A DNA stretch of 49,776 nucleotides from an uncultured Candidatus Saccharibacteria bacterium. GTDB taxonomy: Bacteria > Patescibacteriota > Saccharimonadia > CAZBQI01. The DNA lies in contig CAZBQI010000006.1 in the NCBI GenBank assembly GCA_964494105.1, forward strand, positions 1 through 49,776, read 5' to 3'. The notes under the pieces were generated by a model, which searched no databases, had not been told where the DNA came from, and was given only the letters and a program-made list of their open reading frames with translations. A program made the position numbers and the translations under genes. Of the stretch, positions 1-8,792 are shown one piece after another; position 1 is the stretch's first letter, and every line of letters starts with the position of its first letter.

Positions 1-114
1 GGGAGATGTGTTCAGTGCCACCAATATGCGGGTTGCCTGCAGTCATAGAAAACTCCTTAGAACAATACTGTACCAGTTATTTGACTTATTTGCAAGTACT
101 TTGCTGTGTTTGGT

Positions 115-1242
115 TTAGCTAAACATTTGTTCGAATAACGAACGTCGGCTACGAACAAACGCGCCAATAGCCCAGGCCATGCTTCCGCCGCCGAGTATAC
201 CGGCCGCAGCGCTTTCGACACCGGTGTTTACGAGAGTCTCGGGTGTCTCGGATGTAGAAGCAACAGGTGTAATTACTGGTGGCTGATTTTCGCTAACGGT
301 AATACGCACTTTGCAAGCTTCGGCTGGAGCGGTAGTCCCAGCGCTAGTTTTGATTAACACACTGGCTTCGTAAGTGCCGGGCTTTTGGTAGGTGTGGTTG
401 ACCATATTTACAGTAGATTCATTATCAGCGCTTCCGTCACCAAACTTAAATATGTATGACTGCACCGTTACACCTTGGCTTACTTCCGGTGTGGCTGTGA
501 ACTTGACTTGCAGGGACGAACCGCTGTTTTGGGCTTCGGCCTTTAGCTCTTTACAAACGTAAGTTGGCACTACCGGAGGCTTTTTTACCTTTACCTTAAT
601 AAATACCAGCGCTTGATACTGAAAACACCCTGGCACGACGCCATTTAGCTGGTCGTAGCCTATTGGCGCACCACTGGTAACAATACTGTCACTGATTTTA
701 ACGTTCATCGCACCGGTTGCTATTTGGGCTGAACCAGGTACATATTCCAAACTAAATGGACTGTCACTGGCAAAACTGGCTGTGTCGTAAACGCTTTGTG
801 GCACTGCATTATCGGCCGAGATATAGCCGGTTGCCTGATGGCTAGAAGCGGAGCTAGCCGGTAAGGCAATTCGCACCTTGGTATTTCGTGCTAGAGTTTG
901 GCCACCGGCATTTAATCCGTCGTTACCGTTGTTATGCACGTACATTCGTACTGTTATTTCGTCGCCGTCTTTGACGTTGTTTATGGGATCACGGAAAGCG
1001 CTGTCGCTTTCGGTAGTTATTTTACCGTCTAAGAATGCCCGTTCATCACCCCAGTAAGGCGTGTTGATGAATGAGTTAAATACAACATGATCAAAACCGG
1101 TGCGGTCGGCTGGCACATTCCAGTCTTTGATTGGTCGGCTAGGGCCGAATGCAGCGCTTACAGCCAGGGGTACTAGCAATGTTAATACTGCTACCAGCGA
1201 TATTAATGCTCTCTTGTTATTAAGTTTACTAAATAGTTTCAT
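115..1242 (-). CDS. Secreted/cell-surface protein with PKD domain and LPxTG-like C-terminal anchor (Saccharibacteria-type family)
   Basis: Signal peptide (ALISLVAVLTLLVPLAVSA); FGPSRP...FNSFINTPYWGDERAF N-terminal motif; PKD-like FKFGDGS...HTYQKPGTY; C-terminal LVNTG + hydrophobic stretch + RSRR. Confidence 0.75.
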   Translation of the reverse strand: MKLFSKLNNKRALISLVAVLTLLVPLAVSAAFGPSRPIKDWNVPADRTGFDHVVFNSFINTPYWGDERAFLDGKITTESDSAFRDPINNVKDGDEITVRMYVHNNGNDGLNAGGQTLARNTKVRIALPASSASSHQATGYISADNAVPQSVYDTASFASDSPFSLEYVPGSAQIATGAMNVKISDSIVTSGAPIGYDQLNGVVPGCFQYQALVFIKVKVKKPPVVPTYVCKELKAEAQNSGSSLQVKFTATPEVSQGVTVQSYIFKFGDGSADNESTVNMVNHTYQKPGTYEASVLIKTSAGTTAPAEACKVRITVSENQPPVITPVASTSETPETLVNTGVESAAAGILGGGSMAWAIGAFVRSRRSLFEQMFS

Positions 1243-1252
1243 AATTTATTCC

Positions 1253-2698
1253 TTATTCTCCCCACTTAAAAGTTTTATCACTTCCGTTTCGGCGTCTTAA
1301 TAGCGATCCAATGCCAAGTGGAAAACCAGCTACTGCCATTCCGGCTAATGGAATGCTCTCGGATGCTTCCTGTGCAACAGCTGCCGGTACGCTATTTGGC
1401 GTACTTTCTGCAGGTTGTGCAGGTGCTACAGGTGCGATTTCTACTACAACATCTTCGCCAATCGGCACAGTTGTGGTAGGCAATGGTTCGGGTTCTTTGT
1501 CTGTTGTAGTCGGAGCTTCTGATGTAGAGGTAGTGGTTGGTAGCGATGTGGGCACTTTGTCAGTGGTGGTAGTTGTAGGTGCCTCTGTTGTAGAAGTAGT
1601 TGAGCTAGATGTGGTACTAGAAGGTGCGGATGTCGAGGTAGTTGAGCTAGATGTAGTACTAGAAGTTGTTGAACTAGATGTAGTACTGCTAGATGTTGTG
1701 GAACTCGATGTAGTACTTGAGCTAGATGTTGTTGGAGCTTCGGTTGTCGTAGTTGGTGCCTCAGTAGTAGTTACAACGACTACAGGGGTATCCGGACTGC
1801 GCCTAACAACTGGTGCAACATCTTGTTCGTTGCCACATACGCCTTTTAGCTCTATTGTTCGTAGCTCACCATTTTCAGAGATTTCAAGTGGAATATTTGA
1901 TGCATCGACTATTACCCATTCCCTATCACCATCCACGCCAAATGACAACACTCTGTAAGTATTGCCAGATACGTGCTCCCACTCGCCATCCTCCCAGGCA
2001 AAGCCCATAAATTCGGTACCGGCAGGAATTACATTTACAGTGTGTCCAGCGATAATGCCGTTTTCGTCTTGGAAGCTGTTAAGCAATAGGTGGTCTTGCT
2101 CGCTACTATATAGGCTCATGTGGCGTATAAAGCGCAAAGCTGAGTTAGGGTTATTTGCGTTTATGCCAGGAAATATTGCGTCATAAAATTCTTGATTATC
2201 TATTAGTATGTTGTTCACGCGGTCAATTGCTAAATTCGGATTATCCACGAAATGCTGAACAACTTCTTGCTTAGTTACTACCGGTCGCTCAGGAAAATGC
2301 TCGGTGCTCCAGCTAGCTTGGGCAGCAGTTAATGGGGTTGCTCCGGCTGTGTTTAAATCACCATCACCGCTAATCAGTACGTTTGCTGGCAATTGCGCTC
2401 CGTTTATAGTTTCGGCAAACAGATCGGCTGTAGCTACATCACGACCAGCCAAAGGATTAGCTTCGGCAGAATTCATGTTGCCAACTCCACGATTAAAAAG
2501 CGTCAGCGTTGCAACAGATGCTACCGCCAACGGTGCTATAACTGCTCGTCCTAATGTTCCTTGTCTTTTGTTTAAGCCAAACTCACCCGTTTCGGCTAAG
2601 TGATCCAAATAGGTATCAAGCCCGCTGAAAGCGGCCGACATTGCTTCGCTAGTTTGAGGCGTCATCACCTCTGCTGGTAATCCCAATCGAATCTCCAT
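1253..2698 (-). CDS. Putative surface-anchored protein with Ser/Thr-rich mucin-like linker
   Basis: 481-aa ORF with hydrophobic segment near aa 50-68, long TTSSSTT region, C-terminal IPLAG + TM + RRR; own promoter upstream. Confidence 0.7.
   Translation of the reverse strand: MEIRLGLPAEVMTPQTSEAMSAAFSGLDTYLDHLAETGEFGLNKRQGTLGRAVIAPLAVASVATLTLFNRGVGNMNSAEANPLAGRDVATADLFAETINGAQLPANVLISGDGDLNTAGATPLTAAQASWSTEHFPERPVVTKQEVVQHFVDNPNLAIDRVNNILIDNQEFYDAIFPGINANNPNSALRFIRHMSLYSSEQDHLLLNSFQDENGIIAGHTVNVIPAGTEFMGFAWEDGEWEHVSGNTYRVLSFGVDGDREWVIVDASNIPLEISENGELRTIELKGVCGNEQDVAPVVRRSPDTPVVVVTTTEAPTTTTEAPTTSSSSTTSSSTTSSSTTSSSTTSSTTSSSTTSTSAPSSTTSSSTTSTTEAPTTTTTDKVPTSLPTTTSTSEAPTTTDKEPEPLPTTTVPIGEDVVVEIAPVAPAQPAESTPNSVPAAVAQEASESIPLAGMAVAGFPLGIGSLLRRRNGSDKTFKWGE
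1565..1775. repeat. Imperfect intragenic tandem repeats encoding the Ser/Thr tract
   Basis: Units like GA(G/A)CT(A/C)GATGT start at 1602, 1644, 1671, 1701 and 1719. Confidence 0.8.
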
Positions 2699-2720
2699 TC
2701 AACTTCTTTACTTAAGTATG

Positions 2721-2749
2721 AATCTACGGCATTTATTATGTAATGTCAA
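2721..2749 (-). promoter_or_regulatory. sigma70-type promoter for the 481-aa surface protein
   Basis: TTGACA (2749-2744), 17 bp, TAGATT (2726-2721). Confidence 0.7.
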
Positions 2750-2802
2750 TACTAGACCATATTATTTACTTTTTGCCAATACCGCTTATGCTTAATTTAT
2801 TA

Positions 2803-4104
2803 TTACATGTTTAGATTTTTAACAGCACGCTTGAATTGCTCGCCACGGTCTTGGAAATTCTTGAACATATCAAAACTAGAGGTTGCCGGTGCTAGCAAAA
2901 CAATATCACCTTTTTCGCTCAACCTTGAGGCTACTTTTACAACGGCTTTCATATCTGCAAAATTGCTTTGATAATTCGAAAATCCGATATTTTCAAATAA
3001 TCGTTGTAATCTTTCGGCAGTGGCGCCAATTAAGAGGACTTTTTTTACTCGACGCGATGTTTTTATGTATTGAGCTAGATCTGAATAATCAGCACCCTGC
3101 TTTTCATAACCACCGAGAATTAAGATAACAGGCTCCTTAAACGCCTCAATGGCTGCACGCGTTGCTTCTGGCACTGAACCATAAGAGTCATTTATATAGC
3201 GCACGCCATTGTACTCTCGCACAAATTCTAAGCGATGGGCTAAGCCTTTAAATTTCATTAATACATCTGCAACTACCTTCATGTCTTCGGTGTAATCTGC
3301 AGTCGCGTTAAGCGCGGCAGCAACATTTTGCAAGTTATGTGCCCCGAGTAAGCCTATTTCGCTTAACCTGCAAACTTTTTTATCTTTAAACCATAAGTCA
3401 TCGCCTTTTGTATGGGTCCAATCCTCTTCAAAAAACGGTCGCTTATGGCCCGGGCTTAGTTCTGCAATGGAAACGGTATCGTTGTTATCTCTGAAATAAA
3501 TGGCCGTATCATCGGCTTTTTGGTATTTAAATATGTGGCCTTTGGCTTCAATATACTTATGCATTGTGCCGTGGTACTGCAAATGATCGCTGGCTATCAT
3601 TAGCCCAACGGCAATATGCGGGCTTTGTTCTAGATCGTCCAGCTGGTAACTGGAAAGCTCTAGCACGGTAATGTCATCAGGCTTTACATCGGCAAGAAAA
3701 TCCAGAGCTGGAACACCAATGTTACCGCCCAAATGCACGGTTTTTCCAGTGGCTTTTAAAATGAGGGCGATCAAAGTGGAGGTCGTTCCCTTACCTTTTG
3801 TGCCTGTTACACCAATAATTAGGCTTGGACATCTACTGAAAAATTCTTTGGTTACAGATGTAACCTCGGCAGTCGTTTTGATTTTGCTCGGATTAACCCC
3901 CGGTGAGCGCACTACAATATCAAATTTTTCCAATCCTTCCAGATATGATTCGCCTGTAATTGCTGACACACCTTTGGGCAATTCAATAGACTCGTCCTCT
4001 TCCCTAATTTCCACTTGCGCGCCGTGTTTTTTAAAGTAATTTAGGGCAGATTTTCCTTCGCTACCAAAACCAATTATGGCGACTTTTTTACTTTTATAGT
4101 CCAT
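2803..4104 (-). CDS. murD: UDP-N-acetylmuramoyl-L-alanine--D-glutamate ligase
   Basis: GVTGTKGKGTT P-loop, GGNIG, VLELSSYQL, HRLEFV, YINDS, LLAPATSSFDMFKNFQDRG. Confidence 0.97.
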   Translation of the reverse strand: MDYKSKKVAIIGFGSEGKSALNYFKKHGAQVEIREEDESIELPKGVSAITGESYLEGLEKFDIVVRSPGVNPSKIKTTAEVTSVTKEFFSRCPSLIIGVTGTKGKGTTSTLIALILKATGKTVHLGGNIGVPALDFLADVKPDDITVLELSSYQLDDLEQSPHIAVGLMIASDHLQYHGTMHKYIEAKGHIFKYQKADDTAIYFRDNNDTVSIAELSPGHKRPFFEEDWTHTKGDDLWFKDKKVCRLSEIGLLGAHNLQNVAAALNATADYTEDMKVVADVLMKFKGLAHRLEFVREYNGVRYINDSYGSVPEATRAAIEAFKEPVILILGGYEKQGADYSDLAQYIKTSRRVKKVLLIGATAERLQRLFENIGFSNYQSNFADMKAVVKVASRLSEKGDIVLLAPATSSFDMFKNFQDRGEQFKRAVKNLNM

Positions 4105-4151
4105 GGTGCTTATTTTAACCTATATTTAAACCCCTTTCGTCACCAATTTCC

Positions 4152-4417
4152 TTAAATCTCCTTTGTAGCCAAAAGAGCAAAGCTTCCAGCTGGGACGAAA
4201 ACTTCTATTTAGATTATTCTCATTCGCTACAGGAATCTGCGGAACTCTGCGCCTAAGGCGCTATCAAACAGTCCTCGATTCTTGTTGTTCATTCAAATAA
4301 TCTAGATCGGTTTTCTTTATAGCTGGAGACGTTCATTAATTTATTCCCCGAATATAAAGGAGCTGCAAGTGACGTCCTATTCGGGTACTTTTGTTTCTTT
4401 TGGTTACAAAAGTAATT
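4152..4417 (+). repeat. Modular palindromic interspersed repeat (MITE/REPIN-like), copy 1
   Basis: Hairpin-shaped imperfect terminal inverted repeats; 4264-4329 is identical over 66 nt to 48900-48965; 4227-4247 is identical to 48865-48885; CCCGAATA...TATTCGGG module shared with the copy near 35.98 kb. Confidence 0.9.
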
Positions 4418-4482
4418 GAAAAGAAAGCTATCCAATCAAAAGATAGCGAATTATAAAATTTGGCTGACAAAATATTTAATAA

Positions 4483-5757
4483 TTAGCGCCAAATAGTCGC
4501 CAGGGTATCGTTTAGCTCATTCGCCTGCTTTTCATCGATATCTCCAACAAGGCTTAAGCCCCAACATGGCTTGGCAAAAATTCGCTTAATGGCCCGGGCT
4601 AAATCGCTGACTGTAATCTTTTCGATCATGGCAATTGATTCGTAGAAGTCATTTACTCTGCTCCTGGTAAGATAATCATATAAGTACCAGTTCACTAGGT
4701 TGCCAGGGGTTTTATGCTGACGCAATCTCCGTCCGATTAGTAAGTTTTTGGCCTCTTTGACTTCGGTTTCAGTAAACTCACCCTTTACCGCTAGTGCCAT
4801 TTTGTCGGCAATCAATTTAAACAAATCCGGCGTATTGCTTGGGGTGGCGTTATACATAACCGAAAACGAACTGTAGTGAATGCCCGTATCGGCACCCGAA
4901 TTCACAAAATACGCTAAACCACGATCACGAGCTTCACCCAAAATCCAAGACTTGTATCGGCCGGTTAGAATAATGCCTAGTATTTCTAGAGCGGGATCGT
5001 CTGACAGCGGTAAAGTTGGTCCGTACTGCGTAAATTGGTAGTAAAGCTGTGGAATGTCCTTATGAATAAGCAGTGGCTTAGACTGATGCTTGGGAGTTTC
5101 CTTGACTATGGGGATGTGGCGACCAGCTTTGAGCTTGCTTAGTTGATCGTTCAAAGTGTCGAAGTACTTGCGATTTTCTTTGATTGCACCGGCAAATATG
5201 AATTTTAGGTTTCTGGCCGTGTGTGTTTTGTGATAGTAATCTAAAATTTTATCGCGGGTAATCCCATCAAGTGAAGCCAAGCCATCATCGGTAGTATGTC
5301 TCCCAAGTGTTGCGCTGGCAATTTGATCGTAAGCCACTCGCGAATAATTAGTCAGATTTCGGTTTAGTTCTTCGCGCACGTTGCCCATTTCGGCGGTTAT
5401 TTCAATCGGCTTAAAGGCCGGTGTGGTTATCTCGGTTGTCAGTAGCTCCAAGATTCGATCGAACTCAAAGCTAGCACATTCCATTTCATACCCAAGGAAA
5501 AACTGAGACGTAAAGGCATTGTTGGCTGCCCCATTCTTTTCGATTTCAGCCTCGAAATCTTTCATTGTAGGAAATTTCGCATTAGCCCCCACCACCGTAT
5601 GTTCCATAAGGTGCGGAAGCTCACTAAGCCCAGGTTCGGCACACATATAGCCAGCGTTAAAACCCGCCACCAAATTTACAACTGTACTGCCGGGAACATC
5701 AAGCAGAAGTACTTTTGAGCCATTTACGAGCTCGATTTCCTCGTGACTATGCTTCAC
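4483..5757 (-). CDS. M16 family (pitrilysin-like) zinc metallopeptidase
   Basis: Inverted zincin HLMEH, NNAFTS motif, LILTG...R.RGLAYFV C-terminal half. Confidence 0.92.
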   Translation of the reverse strand: MKHSHEEIELVNGSKVLLLDVPGSTVVNLVAGFNAGYMCAEPGLSELPHLMEHTVVGANAKFPTMKDFEAEIEKNGAANNAFTSQFFLGYEMECASFEFDRILELLTTEITTPAFKPIEITAEMGNVREELNRNLTNYSRVAYDQIASATLGRHTTDDGLASLDGITRDKILDYYHKTHTARNLKFIFAGAIKENRKYFDTLNDQLSKLKAGRHIPIVKETPKHQSKPLLIHKDIPQLYYQFTQYGPTLPLSDDPALEILGIILTGRYKSWILGEARDRGLAYFVNSGADTGIHYSSFSVMYNATPSNTPDLFKLIADKMALAVKGEFTETEVKEAKNLLIGRRLRQHKTPGNLVNWYLYDYLTRSRVNDFYESIAMIEKITVSDLARAIKRIFAKPCWGLSLVGDIDEKQANELNDTLATIWR

Positions 5758-8410
5758 TAGGTTCGCCCAGTTTCTTTACGCGCTCTTGGTGTTCTTTGGA
5801 GTTGATTAAGCCACACTTTTTAAACTTACTACCGGAACCACAAGGACATGGGTCATTTCTACCAACTTTTATTTTTTTGTCTCTACCGTCAGATTTTACT
5901 GACTCACGACTTATGGTTATTCCCCCACTCTCAGAGGGCCCCTCGACGAGTGCGTTTTGGGCAGCAGTCGTTAGCTCGGTTGGAACTATGGCCGAATCAG
6001 GTAATTGCACCGGCGCCATACGCAGGATATTTGTGGCAACTTCATGATCTATCGATGCGTTTAATATATTAAATAAATTAAATGCTTCTTTTTTATATTC
6101 GACCAGTGGATCGCGCTGTCCAATCGCCCGCAAGCGAATTCCTTCGCGTAGGTGCTCCATGGTTTCAAGATGCTCCATCCAAAGCCTATCAACGCTTTGC
6201 AAATAAGCTACCCGCTCCATGTCACGAACCATCTCGGTGCCATAAGCCTTCTCTCGATCTCTATAGATTTGCTCGATTTCTTTATGTAGTAGCCCTGGGA
6301 TCTCCTCAACTTTCTTTTCTTTTAGCCCCTTTACGAGCTTGGCATTTAACGGCATGAAGGTGCCAATAATTTCAAACGCTTTATCGTAATCAAGTTCGTC
6401 GGTAGTCTGATTGATGTTGGCATCGATAATTCCATCTACCTCTCGCTTGATCATACTTTTTACTTCTTCGGCCAAATTTCCGCGCTTAAGCACCTTGCGT
6501 CGGCGAGAATAAATCGATTCTCGGTGTCGATTCATAACGTCGTCGTACTGCAGAACTTGTTTGCGGATATCGAAGTTGTGTGATTCGACTCGTTTCTGTG
6601 CGCTTTCTAGCGCTTTAGATACAAAGCGATTTTCGATTGGCGTATCTTCGTCTACTCTCAATGTATTCATTAAGCTGGCAATTTTATCGCCACCGAATAC
6701 CCGCATTAAATCGTCGTCTAAGCTCACATAGAATTGCGTACAACCCGGGTCTCCCTGACGCCCGGCACGCCCGCGTAGCTGATTGTCTATCCGGCGAGCC
6801 TCATGACGTTCCGAACCGATTACTTTGAGACCACCTACTTTGGTTACGTCTTTACCCAATACGATATCGGTTCCGCGACCAGCGATATTGGTTGCTAAAG
6901 TCACAGCCCCTTTTTGGCCTGCTCGAGCGATAATCGCAGCTTCTGATTCGTTGTTTTTGGCATTTAAAATTTCATGAGGCACTTTTAGTTTCTTTAAAAT
7001 ACCTGACAGCAACTCGTTTTTTTCAATCGATACCGTGCCAATAAGAACCGGCTGGCCTTTACTATGGCTTTCCTTAACATCTTCGGCGATTGCACGATAT
7101 TTCGCTTCGTTGGTTTTATAGATTCTGTCGGCGCGATCTTCACGAATCATTGGCTGATTAGTAGGTATTACTACCACCTCAAGGTCATAGACCGTGTCAA
7201 ACTCTTCACTTTCGGTTTCGGCTGTTCCGGTCATACCCGCTAGTTTGTCGTAAAGTCGAAAGTAGTTCTGGAAACTAATCGTCGCTAGTGTCTGAGACTC
7301 TTGCAACACCTCTACTTTTTCTTTGGCTTCAATTGCCTGATGAAGACCTTCGGAATAGCGACGCCCGGGCAGTAATCTGCCGGTAAACTCGTCAACTATA
7401 ATTACCTCGCCACCGCGCACAACGTAGTCTTTGTCTTTTTTGAATAACGCTTCTGCGCGTAAGGATTGCTCAATGTGGTAAATCATCTGTATATGGTCGC
7501 TGTCGTAGAGATTATCTACTCCAAGAATTTTTTCGATTTTTTCTACGCCCTTGTCGGTTAAGGTCGCGGCGTTTGCCTTTTTATCAACTGCGTAATCGTC
7601 TTCTTCCTTTAGTTGTTTCGCAACGGCAGAGTATTGATTATAGTTTGTAGCATTTTCACTAGCCGGAGCCGAAATAATCAGAGGCGTTCTAGCTTCATCA
7701 ATTAATATCGAATCAACTTCGTCAACAATAGCGAAGTTAAGTGGTCGCTGAACGTATTCCTCGAAACTAGGCGCCATATTGTCGCGAAGATAATCGAAGC
7801 CGAATTCATTGTTTGTCCCATAAGTAATGTCCGCCTGGTAGGCTTCGCGCTTGTCTACCGGCCGCAAATGCATCAAACGCTCATCATCGTGCTCCGGACT
7901 GGTATAGCTTGGGTCGTAGAGCAGAGCTCGATTACCACCAACTATTACTCCTACACTTAAGCCCAAGAAATGGTAAATCTGAGCCATCCAACCGGCGTCA
8001 CGTTGAGCTAAATAGTCGTTAACTGTAATAACATGCACCCCTTTGCCGGTTAGTCCGTTTAGGTATACCGGCAGAGTTGCCATTAATGTCTTACCCTCAC
8101 CGGTCTTGAGTTCGGCTATGTTACCTTCGTGCAAGACAATTCCTCCCAGAAGCTGAACATCAAAATGGCGTTGGTTTAGCACGCGCCTTCCGGCTTCGCG
8201 AGCCGTGGCGAAGGCCTCCGGTAAAATATCGTCGATTCTTTTGCCTTTTTCTAATTGTTTTTTCAGCTTTGTGGTTTGTTTTTTCAGGTCAGCATCGCTC
8301 AGCTTTTTTAAGCGTGATTCATGGGAATTAATACTCTCAATTGTGGGTTTTAGTTTCTTTACTTTCTTGACACTTGGATCGCCAAGTAGTTTTCCTAGAA
8401 GTTTTTTCAT
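5747..8410 (-). CDS. secA: Preprotein translocase ATPase SecA
   Basis: ELKTGEGKTL, VDEVDSILIDEARTPLIIS, GRGTDI, QLRGRAGRQGDPG, C-terminal GRNDPCPCGSG. Confidence 0.99.
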   Translation of the reverse strand: MKKLLGKLLGDPSVKKVKKLKPTIESINSHESRLKKLSDADLKKQTTKLKKQLEKGKRIDDILPEAFATAREAGRRVLNQRHFDVQLLGGIVLHEGNIAELKTGEGKTLMATLPVYLNGLTGKGVHVITVNDYLAQRDAGWMAQIYHFLGLSVGVIVGGNRALLYDPSYTSPEHDDERLMHLRPVDKREAYQADITYGTNNEFGFDYLRDNMAPSFEEYVQRPLNFAIVDEVDSILIDEARTPLIISAPASENATNYNQYSAVAKQLKEEDDYAVDKKANAATLTDKGVEKIEKILGVDNLYDSDHIQMIYHIEQSLRAEALFKKDKDYVVRGGEVIIVDEFTGRLLPGRRYSEGLHQAIEAKEKVEVLQESQTLATISFQNYFRLYDKLAGMTGTAETESEEFDTVYDLEVVVIPTNQPMIREDRADRIYKTNEAKYRAIAEDVKESHSKGQPVLIGTVSIEKNELLSGILKKLKVPHEILNAKNNESEAAIIARAGQKGAVTLATNIAGRGTDIVLGKDVTKVGGLKVIGSERHEARRIDNQLRGRAGRQGDPGCTQFYVSLDDDLMRVFGGDKIASLMNTLRVDEDTPIENRFVSKALESAQKRVESHNFDIRKQVLQYDDVMNRHRESIYSRRRKVLKRGNLAEEVKSMIKREVDGIIDANINQTTDELDYDKAFEIIGTFMPLNAKLVKGLKEKKVEEIPGLLHKEIEQIYRDREKAYGTEMVRDMERVAYLQSVDRLWMEHLETMEHLREGIRLRAIGQRDPLVEYKKEAFNLFNILNASIDHEVATNILRMAPVQLPDSAIVPTELTTAAQNALVEGPSESGGITISRESVKSDGRDKKIKVGRNDPCPCGSGSKFKKCGLINSKEHQERVKKLGEPSEA

Positions 8411-8414
8411 ATAC

Positions 8415-8792
8415 TTACTCTTCGCTTATATTTCTTCGTTTAATTCGGAGTTTCCTGAGCCAGCGTTCACGACGCGAGTGATGATCGGTTGTCTTTTCTT
8501 TATACTTTAGGCACTGCGCTTTAATTTTTGCTTCGACAATATCTATAGCTGCATACATATTAACCGTTGATTCTTTTGCGGTTAGGGTAACTTTGGGAAT
8601 TGGTATTATTGCCTCACATGTAAACCGATTCTTCGACTTGCCATTATCTTCTAACAAAATAACTTTTCCATGCATACCTTCGCGAGCATGACGCGGAACG
8701 TATTTATCGAGCCGGCCAAGCTTTTTGTTTATATATTTTTTTACGCGCTCATCGAGTTCAAAACGAACGCTTTTTACCTCTAGCTGAATCAT
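8415..8792 (-). CDS. hpf: Ribosome hibernation promoting factor (short HPF/RaiA)
   Basis: YINKKLGRLDKY, AKESTVNMYAAIDIVEAKIKAQCLKYKEK; usual position upstream of secA. Confidence 0.9.
   Translation of the reverse strand: MIQLEVKSVRFELDERVKKYINKKLGRLDKYVPRHAREGMHGKVILLEDNGKSKNRFTCEAIIPIPKVTLTAKESTVNMYAAIDIVEAKIKAQCLKYKEKTTDHHSRRERWLRKLRIKRRNISEE

Noticed and set aside
1311-1958. 215-aa + strand Val-rich ORF with apparent ELDVVL repeats
   Set aside because: It is the antisense shadow of the Ser/Thr repeat region of the real minus-strand gene.
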